Positions 12,420 to 28,636 of a DNA stretch of 64,000 nucleotides are shown in pieces (position 1 is the first letter of the stretch; each line of letters opens with the position of its first letter). Where the stretch lies: NCBI GenBank assembly GCA_000182565.2, contig KQ257451.1; one strand, 5' to 3'. This DNA is from Spizellomyces punctatus DAOM BR117. Lineage: Eukaryota. Under the pieces are notes generated by a model that saw only the letters and a program-made list of their open reading frames with translations, did not search any database and was not told where the DNA came from. The translations under genes were made by a program, and so were the position numbers.

Positions 12420-14632
12420 ATGAACACCACACGATCCTTACCGTTTCTGTTCTCCCGCACACCCTGTATCTGCCAGATCATTCACCCGACATGTAGGCGA
12501 ACACCTTTGCGCTTTTTTCTAAGAAAACCGGACCGATTCAAGTTCGTCACCAACGAGTTGGCCCTTCCAAAGGAACGTCGCATATCGAAATCAGATCTGC
12601 CGCCACTGGATACCCCATCAGAAGTGGAAGCAGACGTGCCTACCAAAGGAGAGAAACTTGAATGGTACAATGATCCATTCTACTTGCGAGTCCGAGTTGA
12701 AAAGCTGTTAAAGAATGGTGACGAGGACACGGCTGTGGACTTGGTGGACCGACACCGCGGGGCGGCGAATGCAGAGGTGTTTGGAACGCTGATAGCTGGG
12801 TTAGGACGTCGAGGGAATTACAAAAAGGCTGTTAAAGCGTTTAGAGAGGTTAGTTTTGTTTTGGGAAATCATTGCACGGTGTTTTGCAGAGAGAGTTGAT
12901 TGTAACCTTCCCATTTCAGATGCGCCGAAGAAGGATCAAGCCAACACCACATTCTTATACCGCTCTCTTGAACGCTTATGCACAAGCTGCGTATGGTCCG
13001 TTGGATGCAACAGCACGAAGCAATTGCTTGCGAGACGCACGAGAGTTATGGGAATCTATGGAAGACCGTACAGCAGTCCATCTCAATGCGATGCTCAATG
13101 TATGCACGGCATGTTCCTCTGAAGGTGGTTGGGATCTTGGTTGGAATATATACCGGGAATCGGTGCCAGAGAAGGGGCAGCGGGATGCACAGGCACCTCC
13201 GCCCGATGTGATCACATTCACGATCATGCTGCGAATGTGTGCAAAGTTGGGTGGAAATGACGGTCTTGATGCTGCGATGCGTATCTGGACGGATGTGAGA
13301 GCGGTCCTAGATAGGATCCAGCCGGCTGCCGCTAAGAAGAAAGGTGGAAAGTCAGGAGTGCGGGCATTGGCTGTGGACGATCGACTTTTGAGTGCATTGC
13401 TTCTGACTTGTATTCGCGCGGAAGATAAACTGCGTGTTGTGAAAGGACTCGAATTTGTTGATGAGTACCTTGATTTGCCCGTGGACTCAGATTCGCCTAC
13501 CACTCAACAGTCAAACGGTGGAAAAATCTCCTTAAATACTCCTCTATTGTATCACCTGATCCATTTGGCAAGTCGTTTGCGTGAACCGGCGCTTGCTGTC
13601 AGGTGGTTTAAGATCGCGTCAAGTAGAGATGTTCCGGCGGATGAAGGGGTGTACAGTGCACTTATCGGACTTCTCATTTCGGTCGGCGATTTGGAGCAAG
13701 CCTGGCAAATTGTGCAATCGGCCGACACGTTTCGTCCCGCTCTTGGCCTTCGGGTGTGTGCAGCTGCGGTACGTAAAAGCGGGGAAGATTCAAAGATGTG
13801 GGTCACAAGAGCCGAGGAGTTTACAGACAGCATCAAGTCGGCGTCAGTAGGACGTCAGACAGGCATTCATGATCTGCAATCTTTGGTTAACCTTGCTGAG
13901 ATATATGTCGCCGCAGGACGACGAAAGGATGCCTGGGACGTTTTGGAGCGCGAGCGGTCCAATCTGATTGACGTTACGCGCAAAAAGTTAGAGCGATCCG
14001 TAACAGCCGCTGCACCATTATTGTCTGAGGAGGCTCTCGGAAATCCTTCGTTGGATGGAATCACAGAGATGAACGGAAAGACTTCTGCCTTATTATCTCG
14101 ATCCCAACGCCAACAATCTGAACTTCAAACCCGCATTAAGGCGCTCAACTTGGCGCATGAGTTATGCTCGGAGCTAAAACGCCAAACATCAAACCGTTCT
14201 GAGCGTATGCGCTTCTCTCTCATTGATCGACAAATACAGGAAGTTCTCGGGATATTTGAGATGGTGGATAGTGAAGCGCAACGGCTTCGCACTAATGCGA
14301 TAGAAGGAAGAAAGCGATTGGAGAAGGTGCGAGGGGAGGGATATAAACTGGTCGGCAGGGAAAAAGGCCCTGCTGACACGACTGGCGAAGGATATAGAGT
14401 AGTTGGCAGGGAAGGCGAGCACGCAGATGGAAAAGATGATATCCACGGCAAGACAAGGAAGAACTTGTCTCGTAGTAACGCGCCTGAGCGTTCCCGAATT
14501 CGTGAACTGAATGACAGGAACACTGGTGTTCCTGTTGCTGCAATCAGAGGATCGGGGGGACGGAACCACGGATATAGAAATCGTCGATCAGAAGGAACTA
14601 GTCGCAGTGGGCGAAAGAAGACGGAGCAATAA
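12420..14632 (+). CDS. Pentatricopeptide-repeat (PPR) protein, probably mitochondrial; 2 exons
   Basis: PPR-like units: VFGTLIAGLGRRGNYKKAVKAFRE|MRRRRIKPT, HSYTALLNAYAQ, VHLNAMLNVC, PDVITFTIMLRMCAKLG, VYSALIGLLISVGDLEQAWQIV. Arg-rich, acid-free N-terminus resembles a presequence. Intron about 12849-12919. Confidence 0.8.
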
Positions 14633-14836
14633 CATGGCACGGCAGGGATAAACTCTTGTATATAGGATACGCTAGATTTTATTTCTTTTTTTGCTACACA
14701 TTGTGCATTGCAATATCTACATGTTATCCAGCTACCATTCGCTTAACGAGACATTGTTGCCTTCCACTAAGGCAAAACGATTTTCCCATAAACAAGTGGT
14801 TTACAAAGGTCCGAAACCACATTCAGAGTATTGAAT

Positions 14837-16426
14837 TTAGAACATGTCCTGCATTCCTTCTGCCATGGCTGATTCGGTAGCTGGTGCGATCGGTACGAAA
14901 ACTGCTTCATTTGGTACGACTGGGCTGGATGGACTCTTGCTTGGGTGAGCGGTGTGAGTCGGCTTGCATTTGAGAGGAATCGGGATGCTGGAGGACGAGT
15001 AGGGGCTCGCAGCGAGCTCTGAAAACTTTGGATTTTCATTGTATGACGCACCGTCCTTCGACCTAGTTTGCTCCGGTGAAACATCAGTACTGGTATTTGG
15101 TGAACTTTTGAGATTTTCCTCATCTCCTGCAACGTCCATTGGAACGGTTACACCTGAGTCGAGAGCGTCAGATTCCGGTGGTCCCGGTTCCACTTTGCAG
15201 AGAATGACAGAACTTGATGTCAAGGTTGGAGCATCTTTTGTCGCTTGAGTGAGTGTGTCGTGTTCAGATGGAGATGCAGTGTTGGAGAGCTCAAATGATT
15301 CTTCTTGTGGAGCCCCTGATGAACTGAGAGTGTTTAACAGTGATGAGGAATTTGAGTCTTCGGTATCTTCTTCGCCGACCTTCAAAATTGAACTGAGGGT
15401 GCGTGGTGTGACAGAGTCCTCATCCTCGGGGGTTTCTACTGCATCTGGTTCGGGGCCTACCGACGCTGATACAGGTAAGTGCCCGCAAAATTCGGTGTCC
15501 TTCTCCGTTGTCTCTAAGACATCGCCTGGTTTCTCTTCTACAGGCGTGCCACGTCCCTCGACGGCTGAGGAAGTTTTCACATTCATGACATCTTCCCGGT
15601 CTGCTTGAAAGTCGCCCAAGTCAGTTGAGCCGGTTTCATCCGAGGACAACAGTTCGTCTTGGTTGCCTGCAGCAATGCCATAAATAGCCGATGTACATCC
15701 CTCGAATTTCGCGTTCAACGTATTGAGCTCAATCTCAAGGTCGTGAATCCGCGCAGTTAAAATAGCTTCCCTTGCAAGGCTAGCTTGATATAGACTTTCA
15801 AGTAAGGTGTTTCCATCGGTTAGTAGTTGCACGGTGGCTTTGAGGTCTTGGTTTTCATCGACAGCGTTTCGGTATTCCATCTCAAGTGATGAAGTCGACA
15901 GGTTGCTCTTTTCACGAGCTTCTGCGAGGAGATTCAAAACGTTTGTGATCTCCTGTCTAAGTCCTACGCACTCTTGTCAGATCAAGGATTACATGTATTT
16001 GATCCATTGTACGTACCTTCAATCTGTTTCGCAGTCAATGCTCCAAATTTTGATGATTCTCGTACTTGAGCCGATACTTGATTCTACATAAAACATATGA
16101 GCAGACTGAATCTAGCACAATTTAACGTCACGCTCATACCAGCATTAAGTGATGCCGCTTAATCAGTTCGCAAAGATTTCTCACCGTCTGCGTCCACGCG
16201 GATAACGCTGACTTTGGCTGATCCTCGCATAGCTGCATACTATAATCAATCATCGTTCCATGGCGACATTATAATGCAATATCTCCTAGGTTACCGTGAT
16301 CATTTCTGGTATCATCGCCGAATAAACACAGTAGAAGGCTATCAGGGCGGTAACAAGCGCAAGCGCTAGTGAAACTAGGTCCTGTAACGTCTTGTCGTCG
16401 GGGTGGGAATCCATTATTTCGTCCAT
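14837..16426 (-). CDS. Hypothetical protein: N-terminal TM helix, coiled coil, acidic disordered tail; about 4 coding exons
   Basis: Exons can be joined in frame (MDEIMDSH...LVSLALALVTALIAFYCVYSAMI / LCEDQPK / NQVSAQV / GLRQEITNVLNLLAEARE...) into the 366-aa ORF 14837-15937. No family recognised. Confidence 0.55.
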
Positions 16427-16833
16427 GCTAAACAAAGGTACACATCTAAGCAATTGCTGTGCGCTTACGCATAGCTTATACTTCACGTCTTCCACCTGAA
16501 GACAACGGAAAGACATACTCACCTCACAAAATCTTGAAATATCCAAACCAATATTCGGGTTTGGGCTGCTACGTAACGTTGGTTTTCCCACGTTCAAACT
16601 TCCACATACAAGTCAACTGACGTTCGCCGATCGCTGATGTAAGTGAGGCGCAGCAGGATGTGGCGGAATGGCTCATGGAATATGGCTGGTGACAGCCACT
16701 GCCAGCGCGCGCAGGATAGCACCTCTGCCCATCTACTTCACATTTCCTGAGTATTTGCCGCGTATTTCGACAAATTCAGAGTAAATTCATCACTCCAATC
16801 TCGCCAATCTCACATTTGCTTTGGGTCTTTATC

Positions 16834-18102
16834 ATGGTATGCTTTCATTGTATTGGACGCGGGAAATTCCCATACTGAATGTTGCTACTCAAGGTCGATC
16901 CAGTTGACTGTGCGTTGGACCTTATGCGACGACTTCCACCGCAGAAGGTGGAAGAGAGCCTGGCGAATCTTGTAGAACTTGCACCGCACTTGACAGAGGA
17001 GCTACTGTCAGCTATTGACCAGCCGCTGAAGTTGCAACGATGCAAACAGACCGGAAAGGACTATTTGTTATGCGACTACAACAGGGATGGTGACTCGTAC
17101 AGGTATTTTAGAGTGATCTTGATGGATTCTGTGAGTCTCAAAGAAAGATGCGGACCCGCGAGACGGTTGCATATTGGGATCCGCTGTTGAGGGTGTCCTC
17201 ACGTAGCGGCAGGGAAAGGCGACATACGTCGAGAAGGGCCATTGCCATATATCGGACCTGTGGCTAGGGGATAAGTGGTCACTAGCAACACGCTTTAAAG
17301 CAGAAACTACCGATTTGTAGGTCGCCGTGGTCAAACGAATACGAACCACCGTTGAGCGATGGTGCACAACCCTCCCCAAAATTGCGAAAATTGGAGATAG
17401 CGGCCAACGACGCATTTACTACCTACAGAGAACTGTGAGGCAATACTTGAGGTGAAATTATAATTAGAAACTCACTAAATAGCGGTCGAACACAGGTATT
17501 TTGACGGAGGCGTATCGTCGGTGTATATGTGGGATCTCGATGAAGGATTTGCATCAGTTGTGTTGATTAAAAACGGTATGTACGTGGTTGATAGACTTGG
17601 AAGACACGCCTCTCGCTAATCCATTTCGCACCGCAGTAAATGAGAGCGACTCAGGCTTGAAGGGCTCATGGGACTCAATTCACGTCATAGAAGTACAGGA
17701 AAGTGGCCGGAGCGCGCACTATAAGCTGACTTCTACGGTCATGCTCTACATGGAAACTGGTGGTGTTAAGTTTGGGAATGTTAATCTGTCAGGAAGTCTG
17801 ACGCGACAGGTCGGTGGATATCGCATACACCTCATAGTAGAAGGCATTAACCAGTTCCTGTTCAAAACCGACAGGCGGAACAAGATTACCCACTGGATGA
17901 TTATGGCACACACGTAGCAAACATGGGACGGCTGGTTGAGGATATGGAGATCAAATTGCGCAACAACTTGCAAGTCATTTATTTTGGTAAAACAAAAGAC
18001 ATCACCAACGATCTTCGATCGATCAACAGTCTGACTGACGCGCGAAAGCAAATGGCCATTCAGTCAGAGTTGATTGGCAAACTACAGGCGAGATCGCACT
18101 GA
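16834..18102 (+). CDS. CAP2: F-actin capping protein beta subunit; multi-exon
   Basis: [105 protein letters not shown]. First exon is the ATG only (16834-16836). Confidence 0.97.
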
Positions 18103-18316
18103 TAGTAGAGGGACAGTCCATGATTATTGATTGGGGAGACTTGTGTTATATAGACATGAAAAATATGATGACTATGAGACAAAATAAGCAAGCTATTTAT
18201 TGTACATTCTACGAATTCCTTCCCACCAAACGCTGCTTGGCTATTTAATACTATGCGATGCGGGAGCACTATGTATAGCCTAAGCCAGCCAACGCAACCA
18301 ACTACGAGTACATGCC

Positions 18317-21300
18317 TTATCTACTTCCCTGGTCAAACAAGCCGCTAAACCACTCATTTGCGGCATCACCTTCACGGTCTTCATCCCGCGATTGCCGGGG
18401 TTGGCGGGTCAGGAGCTGCTTTTCTGGGATGTTGAGGACAAAGCTTTCCTGCTTTTTACCCTGCTGACTTATTGCAATCTAAGTGGCAAGTTGCCAGATG
18501 GCTTGTGAGGTTGTGCCGCTCATAAGGCTATGTCTTTCTAATGTGAATGCATACGTACTCCGGTAATCGATTGCAGGAAGCCTTTTACGATCGCATTTTG
18601 CTCTTTAGCAGACGATTTTTTTGCTAAGCTCTCCTCAAAGGCCTGTTTCAAGGAAGAAGACAAGACTCGTGTAAATGGACACTGCACAACTTGGCAACCT
18701 GACAAAGGTTGGCTGCACACCACCTTTAGAGAGTCCACATTCATTCCGGGCAAACTGCCAAAAGTTTCATAAGGAAGCATTGATACCGGTCGTAGCCGGA
18801 TATAAACGTCCGCAATGGTGCTGATAATATCCGAATGTATTTCTTGGTGGTATGGGTCATGGAGAGCCTTGAGATCGGGAACCGATTTAGACTGCGTTCC
18901 ATAACTCAGAAGCTGGATTGCCGAGCGACATACCTCAAGCAAAGACATCAACAAATCTTTCCCCAACCAAACATGAAATTCGTAATGCCCAACGAGAACT
19001 GGAAGCAGTTTGGAAGAGGTTACCGCGGCCTTTCGGGACGTTTGCGTATCTTTGTAAGTCACTAAATGGGTGATGCTACTGAGTAGGGGACCGGAGATTG
19101 CCTAGTTTCGAGTGAGATCGCTTAGCGGTAATTGTGCATCGAAAGGGGTGTGGGTATAGGTACCTCATCCCAGAGAAGAAAGCGAACCAAGTCAGGATTC
19201 TGAAATGATTGTTTTAGGATGTTCGCTGGGTTCTCTTCTGTCTTTTTTGCAGCTAGCGCAGCGAGGGTTGATGAAGTCGTTCTTCGAACCTGTCATAATT
19301 CACTACTCACCAGGAGTTGCAGGGGCTAGGAGGGCTGCAATCAAATCAATATAAGCTCTGGTGACATCTCTCAACATCTTCTCTGCAATTATATCGTCAG
19401 ACATGTCCGTCGCCTCCTCGGCCCTATCATAAACTCAGATTTAGCGGGGTTTGCGCCTCTCCCATGCACGTCAACAACTTACTCCTCATTCGTCAACCGA
19501 ATACCCCGTTCGACAAGATCCCGCCACTCTCGGTCTAACTTGGACACCATTGATCTGAGGAATGGTGACAGAATCGGCTCTAGAATAGTGCTGTCAAATC
19601 CTGAGGGACAATTAAGACTCAAAGGTCGCATGACGTTATGTAGAAACGGGAGAAAAAATGAGTTAAGGACTCTGAATGCCGTGACGGCAAACGATCAAAC
19701 TAAAAGTCAGTGTAAGAAGGATATTCAAAATAAGCTTCCAATGCCGATTATCAATGTGCATGGCGTCGGAGAGGAGGGATTGGAGCAGATGTTGTCCAAT
19801 GGAGGGCACAGTATAAAAGTTGGGACTGGCGTATGTAAGGCGGCTCAGGATGTGGTAACTTAGTGGGCATTTTGTTTAATGTGAGTAGAAATATAAAGTC
19901 CTTGGATAAAAGGTAAAGGCTCACCATTGGTCCCGTATACTTCCCAGCCATCGACTCATCATCGTAACCTGATTCATGAATTCGTTGGCACCTACTGCTA
20001 GTAGGTCGTCGGATACATCCGTTCCTGTTGCGCCGCTGTTAGGTCATCCTGAACATTGGGATCAGGACATTAGGCAGCAAACTCTACCTGCAAACAGAGC
20101 TCTTTCTTGTGGAGTGGTTGCCAATACACGAAGAACATCTGAAGGAAACTGTTGCCACACAGAAGGATCCCAGAGCCCGTGAATTGACCTGTTACATGTT
20201 AAATGCATCCATCAGATTGGCTACCCGAAAAACAAGAGGTGTAGATGCAAAATCACAGGCAATACTTGATGATTGTTAGAACAGATCTCAAGATACGGGG
20301 AATATAGTCGGCCCAGAGTTCAACTCTCTTATTTCCTCCGCCAGACTTCGTACCCAAAGTTGTTCAACTTATAAGTGGCACGTTCCATCGCAAATACTTT
20401 GGAATTTAACCTCAACATACCGGTTTAGTTTCAATTGTTAGCTTCAAATATTGTGACATTCCAGATAGCAGCCCAAGAAGCTGGGAAATCGTGTCGTTTG
20501 AGCAGAAGGGTATAGGATTTTTGAAAGGGAGAACATACTTGTCCACGTTGCTCTTTTTTGATTGCGAAGGCGTCTACCAGGCCGGGATTCGCTACTTGCA
20601 GTTGCCCAGGTGATATTTGGATATTTTGCACTATTGACAAAATTAAGCAATTTATAAAAGTTACCTCACTTTTCAAATCCTCATGCTTACCATTCGATGC
20701 CAGAAGGGGAGCCCCCATAAATTCCATAAGCTGACTCGGCGAAGTCAAGTCAACATTAGCTTTGTCCTCCAACGCGCGAACGGTAGGCTCTACAAGAGAA
20801 GTAAAGGCAGGTGCTTTCTCGACAAGAGGCGTGGAGGAGAAATATCTGATATTCATTTTGTTCTTCAGTCACAGTACAACTCCTTGCGAATCGATATCGA
20901 TCTACATACACAATAGCAAGTAGAAACTCTTTCAAAATCGTTTCTTCCGACATGAGCACTAAACGTTCGTCACTGAGTCTTTGTATGGCGGGGCTTATAC
21001 TTGCATAGATGCCCTAAAGACCCCAGTCCCAATTGGTCAGTCAATAGTCGGCCGCAGCAGTAGAGAGGAGTCCCTTACAATTAACGCATCCGGCATCGTC
21101 ATTGCAAGTTTGACCAGTAAGGATGCCGCTTTTCGTCGCAACACCCGCGTCGCCTCACAAATACTGATCTTGCGACGAATAAAATCTTCTTCTCCAGGCA
21201 TAGTAAATGCTACGAAGGTGAAGATCTTGACAAATATAAGTACCATGTCAGTGACAATTGTCCAAGCAGTGATAGCCCTGCAATAACGGACCAACCTTTT

Positions 21301-24261
21301 CCAAACATTGCAGCAGTAAAGGAGGTGCCAGGTGAAGGACCCCGCCAAATGCAACAATCATTTGAAGCTGAATCCGGGCGAGGGTTGGGTCCTGCAATGT
21401 CCAGTCATTCAGCTACATACTGCACTGGGATTTGGAGGTGAACATACATACCGCAGTTTTGAAATTCAAAATCAACTCAACAAGTTCCATCATGAACCTC
21501 CAGAAACCTTCATCGAGTCCCTGTTGATCCTTATGAATGGCGGTCATCATCTCAGGATACAATTGGCATACCTCCGATGATTTGAGACTGCCAACAACAA
21601 TAATTTCGAGCATTGCGCAATTGCCTTCGAATAGCTGGACATATGGTGAGTCGTCTTTCTGAAATCCCAGGTCTGTACAGATAGTTGGGGGCCTTTAGAT
21701 CGGTTGTAAGTGTTCCGTGTGATTGTATAAGTTACCATTCGTGTACGCCGAATTCGGTTGTAGCACCAACATTTGCCTGACACGTTCTGCGATATACGAA
21801 AACGAATCCTTCGGCTGTAGAACAAGTCAGTACCGATGATTATGAAGCGGCGCTGCATGCTTACCTTCAAATTTGCTACGCTCCTCACAATATCCAGCAT
21901 TCGTTGCCGAAACGCACCGGAAAATGTCTCGAACTCGTCCGCTGAATCAAAATCAATATGTCGATAATGGTTTACAGCGTCCTCATGCGTGCGGTCCTAA
22001 TTCAGCACGAAGTTAACGGCCGGACGAGCACATAGGTACTAATCATAATTTTCTTTACATGGCAGACTCTCGTGGCAATGAGGGTTAGCAATCGTGGTAA
22101 GGAAAATAGAATCTCCTGGGTCTAGGTGTTATAAATGAGATGTTAAAGACCGAACAATTTGGTTCGCACATACGTTGCTCTTACCGATTTGAAGTAGTCG
22201 TGCTTTACTAGTTCTCCCCAGAGAGAGGCAGTGGTTGAGGCGACAAGAATTGACGGATGATCGAATATGACCATCATAAACTCCAAATATCTGTACCGTA
22301 TTCTTTAGTCCACACCCTTTGTTCAAGGTGGGGAGGAACATACCTTGTGAAGTTTGGAGGCGCTTCGGCAGCCTTTCTGAAACATATCTGATTCTCTCCG
22401 AGAGCCGTTGCCCCCTGCCCGCATTGCAATCAATATAAAAGCAGGCAGCATGATATTTGCCCTTGTCTTAATCTCACCTGCGCTAACCGTTTCATAAATT
22501 TATAATCCTCCTCCTCCACTAGTGATGTCTGCTCTACACTATCAATGCCACCAGCGTCGGTTTGTCCATGCACCCTCGCCCATGCAGTGATCATCTTTTC
22601 AAGATTTCCGTCCGAGAATATGGGTGTCCATATACAGGAGAGACGGTTTTCAGTGTCGGCGTAGTGAATATTGCGGGAAAAGAGGACAATCAGGCACTCT
22701 GCCGCTGACTTTTCAGAGGCAATTGTATATGAATGATCCAGAAGAGCTGGCACTGAAGTAATCAATGTACCTGACGGATTGGCAAAGAGGCTGAAAGGAG
22801 CAATTCTGTCAGAAGGTATGCAACACGGGATTCACCTATGGCTCTTCAACGGTCAATTGGTACAAGGGCCATCCACTAGCAGCGGGGTATGAATATTCGC
22901 TTTTGATACCTTAGCAGTACCCAGTCCAGATACACAACCAAGGTGTTAAGCGTCAATACCGCCAATCTCTCTGTCACTGGTGCTTGCTCCGCGTTTCCCG
23001 CTCGCTGCAACCCAAGATGTGGACGATCGTCATGGAATGGAGGAGCATAGATGTTCCCTCACCTGTACAATCCATTCTTGATGAAGATCAGCAGCCCCAC
23101 CAACCCACCGGTTCAACCACCCTTCATTCTCAGGGTTTGCACGTATTAGTCTTAGTAGCATCTCAAAATCCGTTCGTCCGCTGTCAGTCGGTTGCTGAGT
23201 GCCTTCGGAACGCAAATTCACATCCGCCCCGCGTTTTGCATGCAAATCCTCTAATATATGTGCGCTGACCGTTACCGCCATCATTCCAGTTACGAGCTCC
23301 TGTTTGCGTAGTTCGGCTACCACGTCGTCGTATAGAAATACATCTTCCGCTAAGGAGCGGTAGATGAGGAGGCATAGTTCTCGGGTGGTTGGCTGTGCAG
23401 AAGGTTAGCAAGAGTAGTTGCAAGCCATTGTGGATCAGACTCGGAAGTTCTACGCACATTTTGCGCATATAGCTCTCGGAGCAAGATGTCCATGTGCGGC
23501 CATTGGATGGGCCACATGCGTTTTGCAACCTCTACAAACAAACGAGACACCTTTTCCTTAATGTATGTTCTTTCGACGAATATCTCGTGCGTGCCCTGTT
23601 GCATGATTAAAAGGTATCAATTGAGTGTCAGGTAGAACATGGCGTCTCCATTGTGCGTCCAAGATACTTTGATAAGAATGTACATATATTACGCTCTCAT
23701 ACTTGCAAATCATACATGACAGGTATACAAAGCACACATAGAAGAATGTTATTCGGTCATTGGGCAATAGGTAGAGGTTCCCCAACGCCATTAAATTTGT
23801 TTCACCACAACTTGAACACTTACATTAGTGACCAAATCCACTACAGCGTCACGCAATCCTGCCCGATCTTGATCAGAGTACGATCCATCGTTCCATTTAA
23901 ACCGTACGGCATTCTCAATAAGAGATAATCCAAAGTGGCGGAGGATGTCCGGCTGGGAGTTTTGTTTGTGTGCAAGGTAATGACCCCAAAGGGGGCTCTG
24001 GGGATTGTCTTTGAGTGTTTCGCAAAACTGTGAAGCAAATCAAGCAACGCGGTTGATGCACTTGGAGATTTGAGAAGAAATGACAGTCAGTGCGCACATT
24101 TTGAGCTAGCTGGCGTTGAGAGTTGGTCGCCGATGCATCGTAGATCGTGTTGACAGCTTGCGCGATTTCTCCCAAAACTTTGCGATGTAAGCTATATGTG
24201 AGGGAACAGAACGTGATATAGGGAAACTCATAGTCATCCCATTACAACCTGCCGAGTTCAT
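18317..24261 (-). CDS. MSN5: Exportin-5/Msn5 karyopherin; many exons
   Basis: IAQAVNTIYDASATNSQRQLAQ (importin-beta N-terminus), IKEKVSRLFVEVAKRMWPIQWP (Xpo1 domain), YKFMKRLAQ, RVLRRKAASLLVKLAMTMPD, and C-terminal YIRLRP...ETFGSLPG. Confidence 0.88.
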
Positions 24262-24714
24262 GGTTACCGTTTACATCAAGTGGTCAAACGCAAGAATACC
24301 AAACAGCTAGCCAAAAATCCTGGGGACTCGATTGACCTGGTTGCAGCCATGTGGCGCAGGGACTATCATGGCGTAAGCGATTAAGCGATGTTTGGGCCCC
24401 AGAATTCCTCGCAAGGCACGGCGGTCCCTCCTTCGATCTCAAGATCCTCAACCTGACCATCTACAGAACGGGGCTGCATAGATAACCCTAAGGTCATTAA
24501 CACATCCATGCCCAGGAAGGAGACAAGGTCACGGCCCACAAATGGGTCGACCCCACCAGCGCGTCATTCGCCCTGGCTTAGTAAGCCAGTCGGCCATTTG
24601 GTCGGCTCATGCTTCCGCTGATACTTGCTTCCCGCTTGTGCCTTTGTGCTCCGCTTCTTTGCTTTTTTCTTCCCGGTGTCTTTCAAAGATTTACACTGAA
24701 CCCCTCATACGGGA

Positions 24715-26202
24715 ATGTATGCGTCGAAAGTGTGTCGAGACTCCCAAGCGACGGAACACGGTCCCCGCACGTACTTTCCTGATGCCCCATATACGATGAG
24801 CACCTCACTTACTCCTACAGTACGTTGGAGTTACATTCCATACTCTACGCATTTAGATGTTTTTGCATCCCCTCATCCCAGTGGTCCTGCACCCTACCTC
24901 TTACGGAACGTTTGTTCAAATTCAAGCGAAATGCCGAACGAATTGATTGACGCGCAAAGCGTCCACATAGTGGAAAATAACCCGCATAGAGCTCCCTGCG
25001 CTGCTGAAGAGGGTGAGGGGAGAATGGAGTGGTGCTCGTTGGTCGACGGGACTTTGACCGAGTGGATGATGTCTCCGGCAGGGTACTCAAAGCAGCGTGA
25101 AGCGGAACGAGACATGCCAAGTCTACCACTCGCCAATTTGACACCACAACGAGTACAACCCAACCCGGCATCAATACCACAACAGCAATCGAGTTCGTCA
25201 CATCTAAAACATCCACAAAATCGAAAACCTTCAATATCTCGGCATGTGTCAGCCGTCATAAATCACTTCACTTCTGTCACGTCGGGTCCAACCCGGTTAC
25301 TCTCGCACATCGACGATGTTATGCACATTATGGATCCCAAATCCTACACCATCCTTCTCGCGTCCGATAGCTCCAAATCTGTGCTGGGAATTGATCCCTC
25401 ACAACTGACATTAAAGCACACCATGCATTACATAATCCATCCCCCCGATTGGGACTCGTTTACTACGTCTGTTCATCGGGCTACGCAGTCACCTGGGGAG
25501 GTTTTCTCATGGTGGGGTCGATATAAAACAGTATTGGATAAACACCCAACAATCTTGGTGCATGTGCGTGGCAGGGTGGATTCTAATAGTGGGGCAGCTC
25601 TACTTTCTGCGCGACCTTACAAATCCTGTGCGATGGAGAGCATGGATGATTTTTTGGAGCTTTGGCTAAGGAATGTCAGGTTGAGACGAGACGTCGGGGA
25701 GTTATTGCGAGGGAGGCAGGGAGAGCCGGTGCCTGCTGTTGCGGTTGAGATCAAAGATGAGCGCGACCGGGGACACGAGCAACGCAGGTTTAGTGTTGAC
25801 TCCGTGTCTAGAAGAAATACGTATCTTGGTCGACGGGGCAGTGTCACTTCCACGGAGGGAGATTTGCCAACTCCAACAGCGAGCTCTGGCCGACGGGTAT
25901 GTAATCAATGTTTCATTGGCAACTCCCAACAATATCTTGCTCTGGTATGCCTGATGCATCTCCTTTAGAAACATCATTCACGACAATTCTGCCAACATTG
26001 CGGAACAAACGAGTCCCCCGAATGGCGGAAAGGTCCAGCGGGCCCAAAAACGTATGTAATCACTCCCTGTAGCCTTGTCTTGGTGCGGGCTGCAGGCAAC
26101 TTACTCGTGTGGTCCATTGTTTCTAGTCTGTGCAATGCATGCGGACTTGCTTATGCGAAACGAGAGAGAAGAAAGTGCGAGAATGGGGAGACGGGTGCTT
26201 GA
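24715..26202 (+). CDS. WC-2: White collar-2-like PAS plus GATA zinc-finger transcription factor; 3 exons
   Basis: PAS region ([13 protein letters not shown]...[13 protein letters not shown]...IIHPPD), WC-2-type ARPY...[16 protein letters not shown] coiled coil, and spliced GATA finger [28 protein letters not shown] (introns about 25897-25968 and 26052-26126). Start codon uncertain. Confidence 0.82.
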
Positions 26203-26410
26203 ATGTATATATTCTCAAAAGATATCAGTTTTTATTTATTGCCAGTGGCGAACTGGCGCTGGAGGGAAGTGATAATCGGTTTGCATACAACTTGGTCAGA
26301 AATATTCACATCATATCCAGAGCCTCATGGAGAATGTCCATATCTTTAAACCTCATTATACATAAACATTAATAATCTACCTCCATCACTCTCTACTGAT
26401 TAAATATATG

Positions 26411-28536
<2,126 letters not shown>

Positions 28537-28621
28537 TGGGAAATGGTAATCCAATTGAAAGTAGGACGGAACGTGTAGAGTAAGGTGCCCAGCACAGAGG
28601 AAAAGGAGACAAGGGGAACGA

Positions 28622-28636
28622 CCTATATATATAATG
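28622..28636 (-). promoter_or_regulatory. Putative TATA element upstream of ERG1
   Basis: TATATATATA tract about 90 nt upstream of the ERG1 ATG (28536). Confidence 0.4.

Noticed and set aside
25890-25968. Second zinc-finger-like RRVCNQC in the WC-2-like ORF
   Set aside because: It is read-through into an intron (CGG|GTATGT); the real GATA finger is in the next exons.
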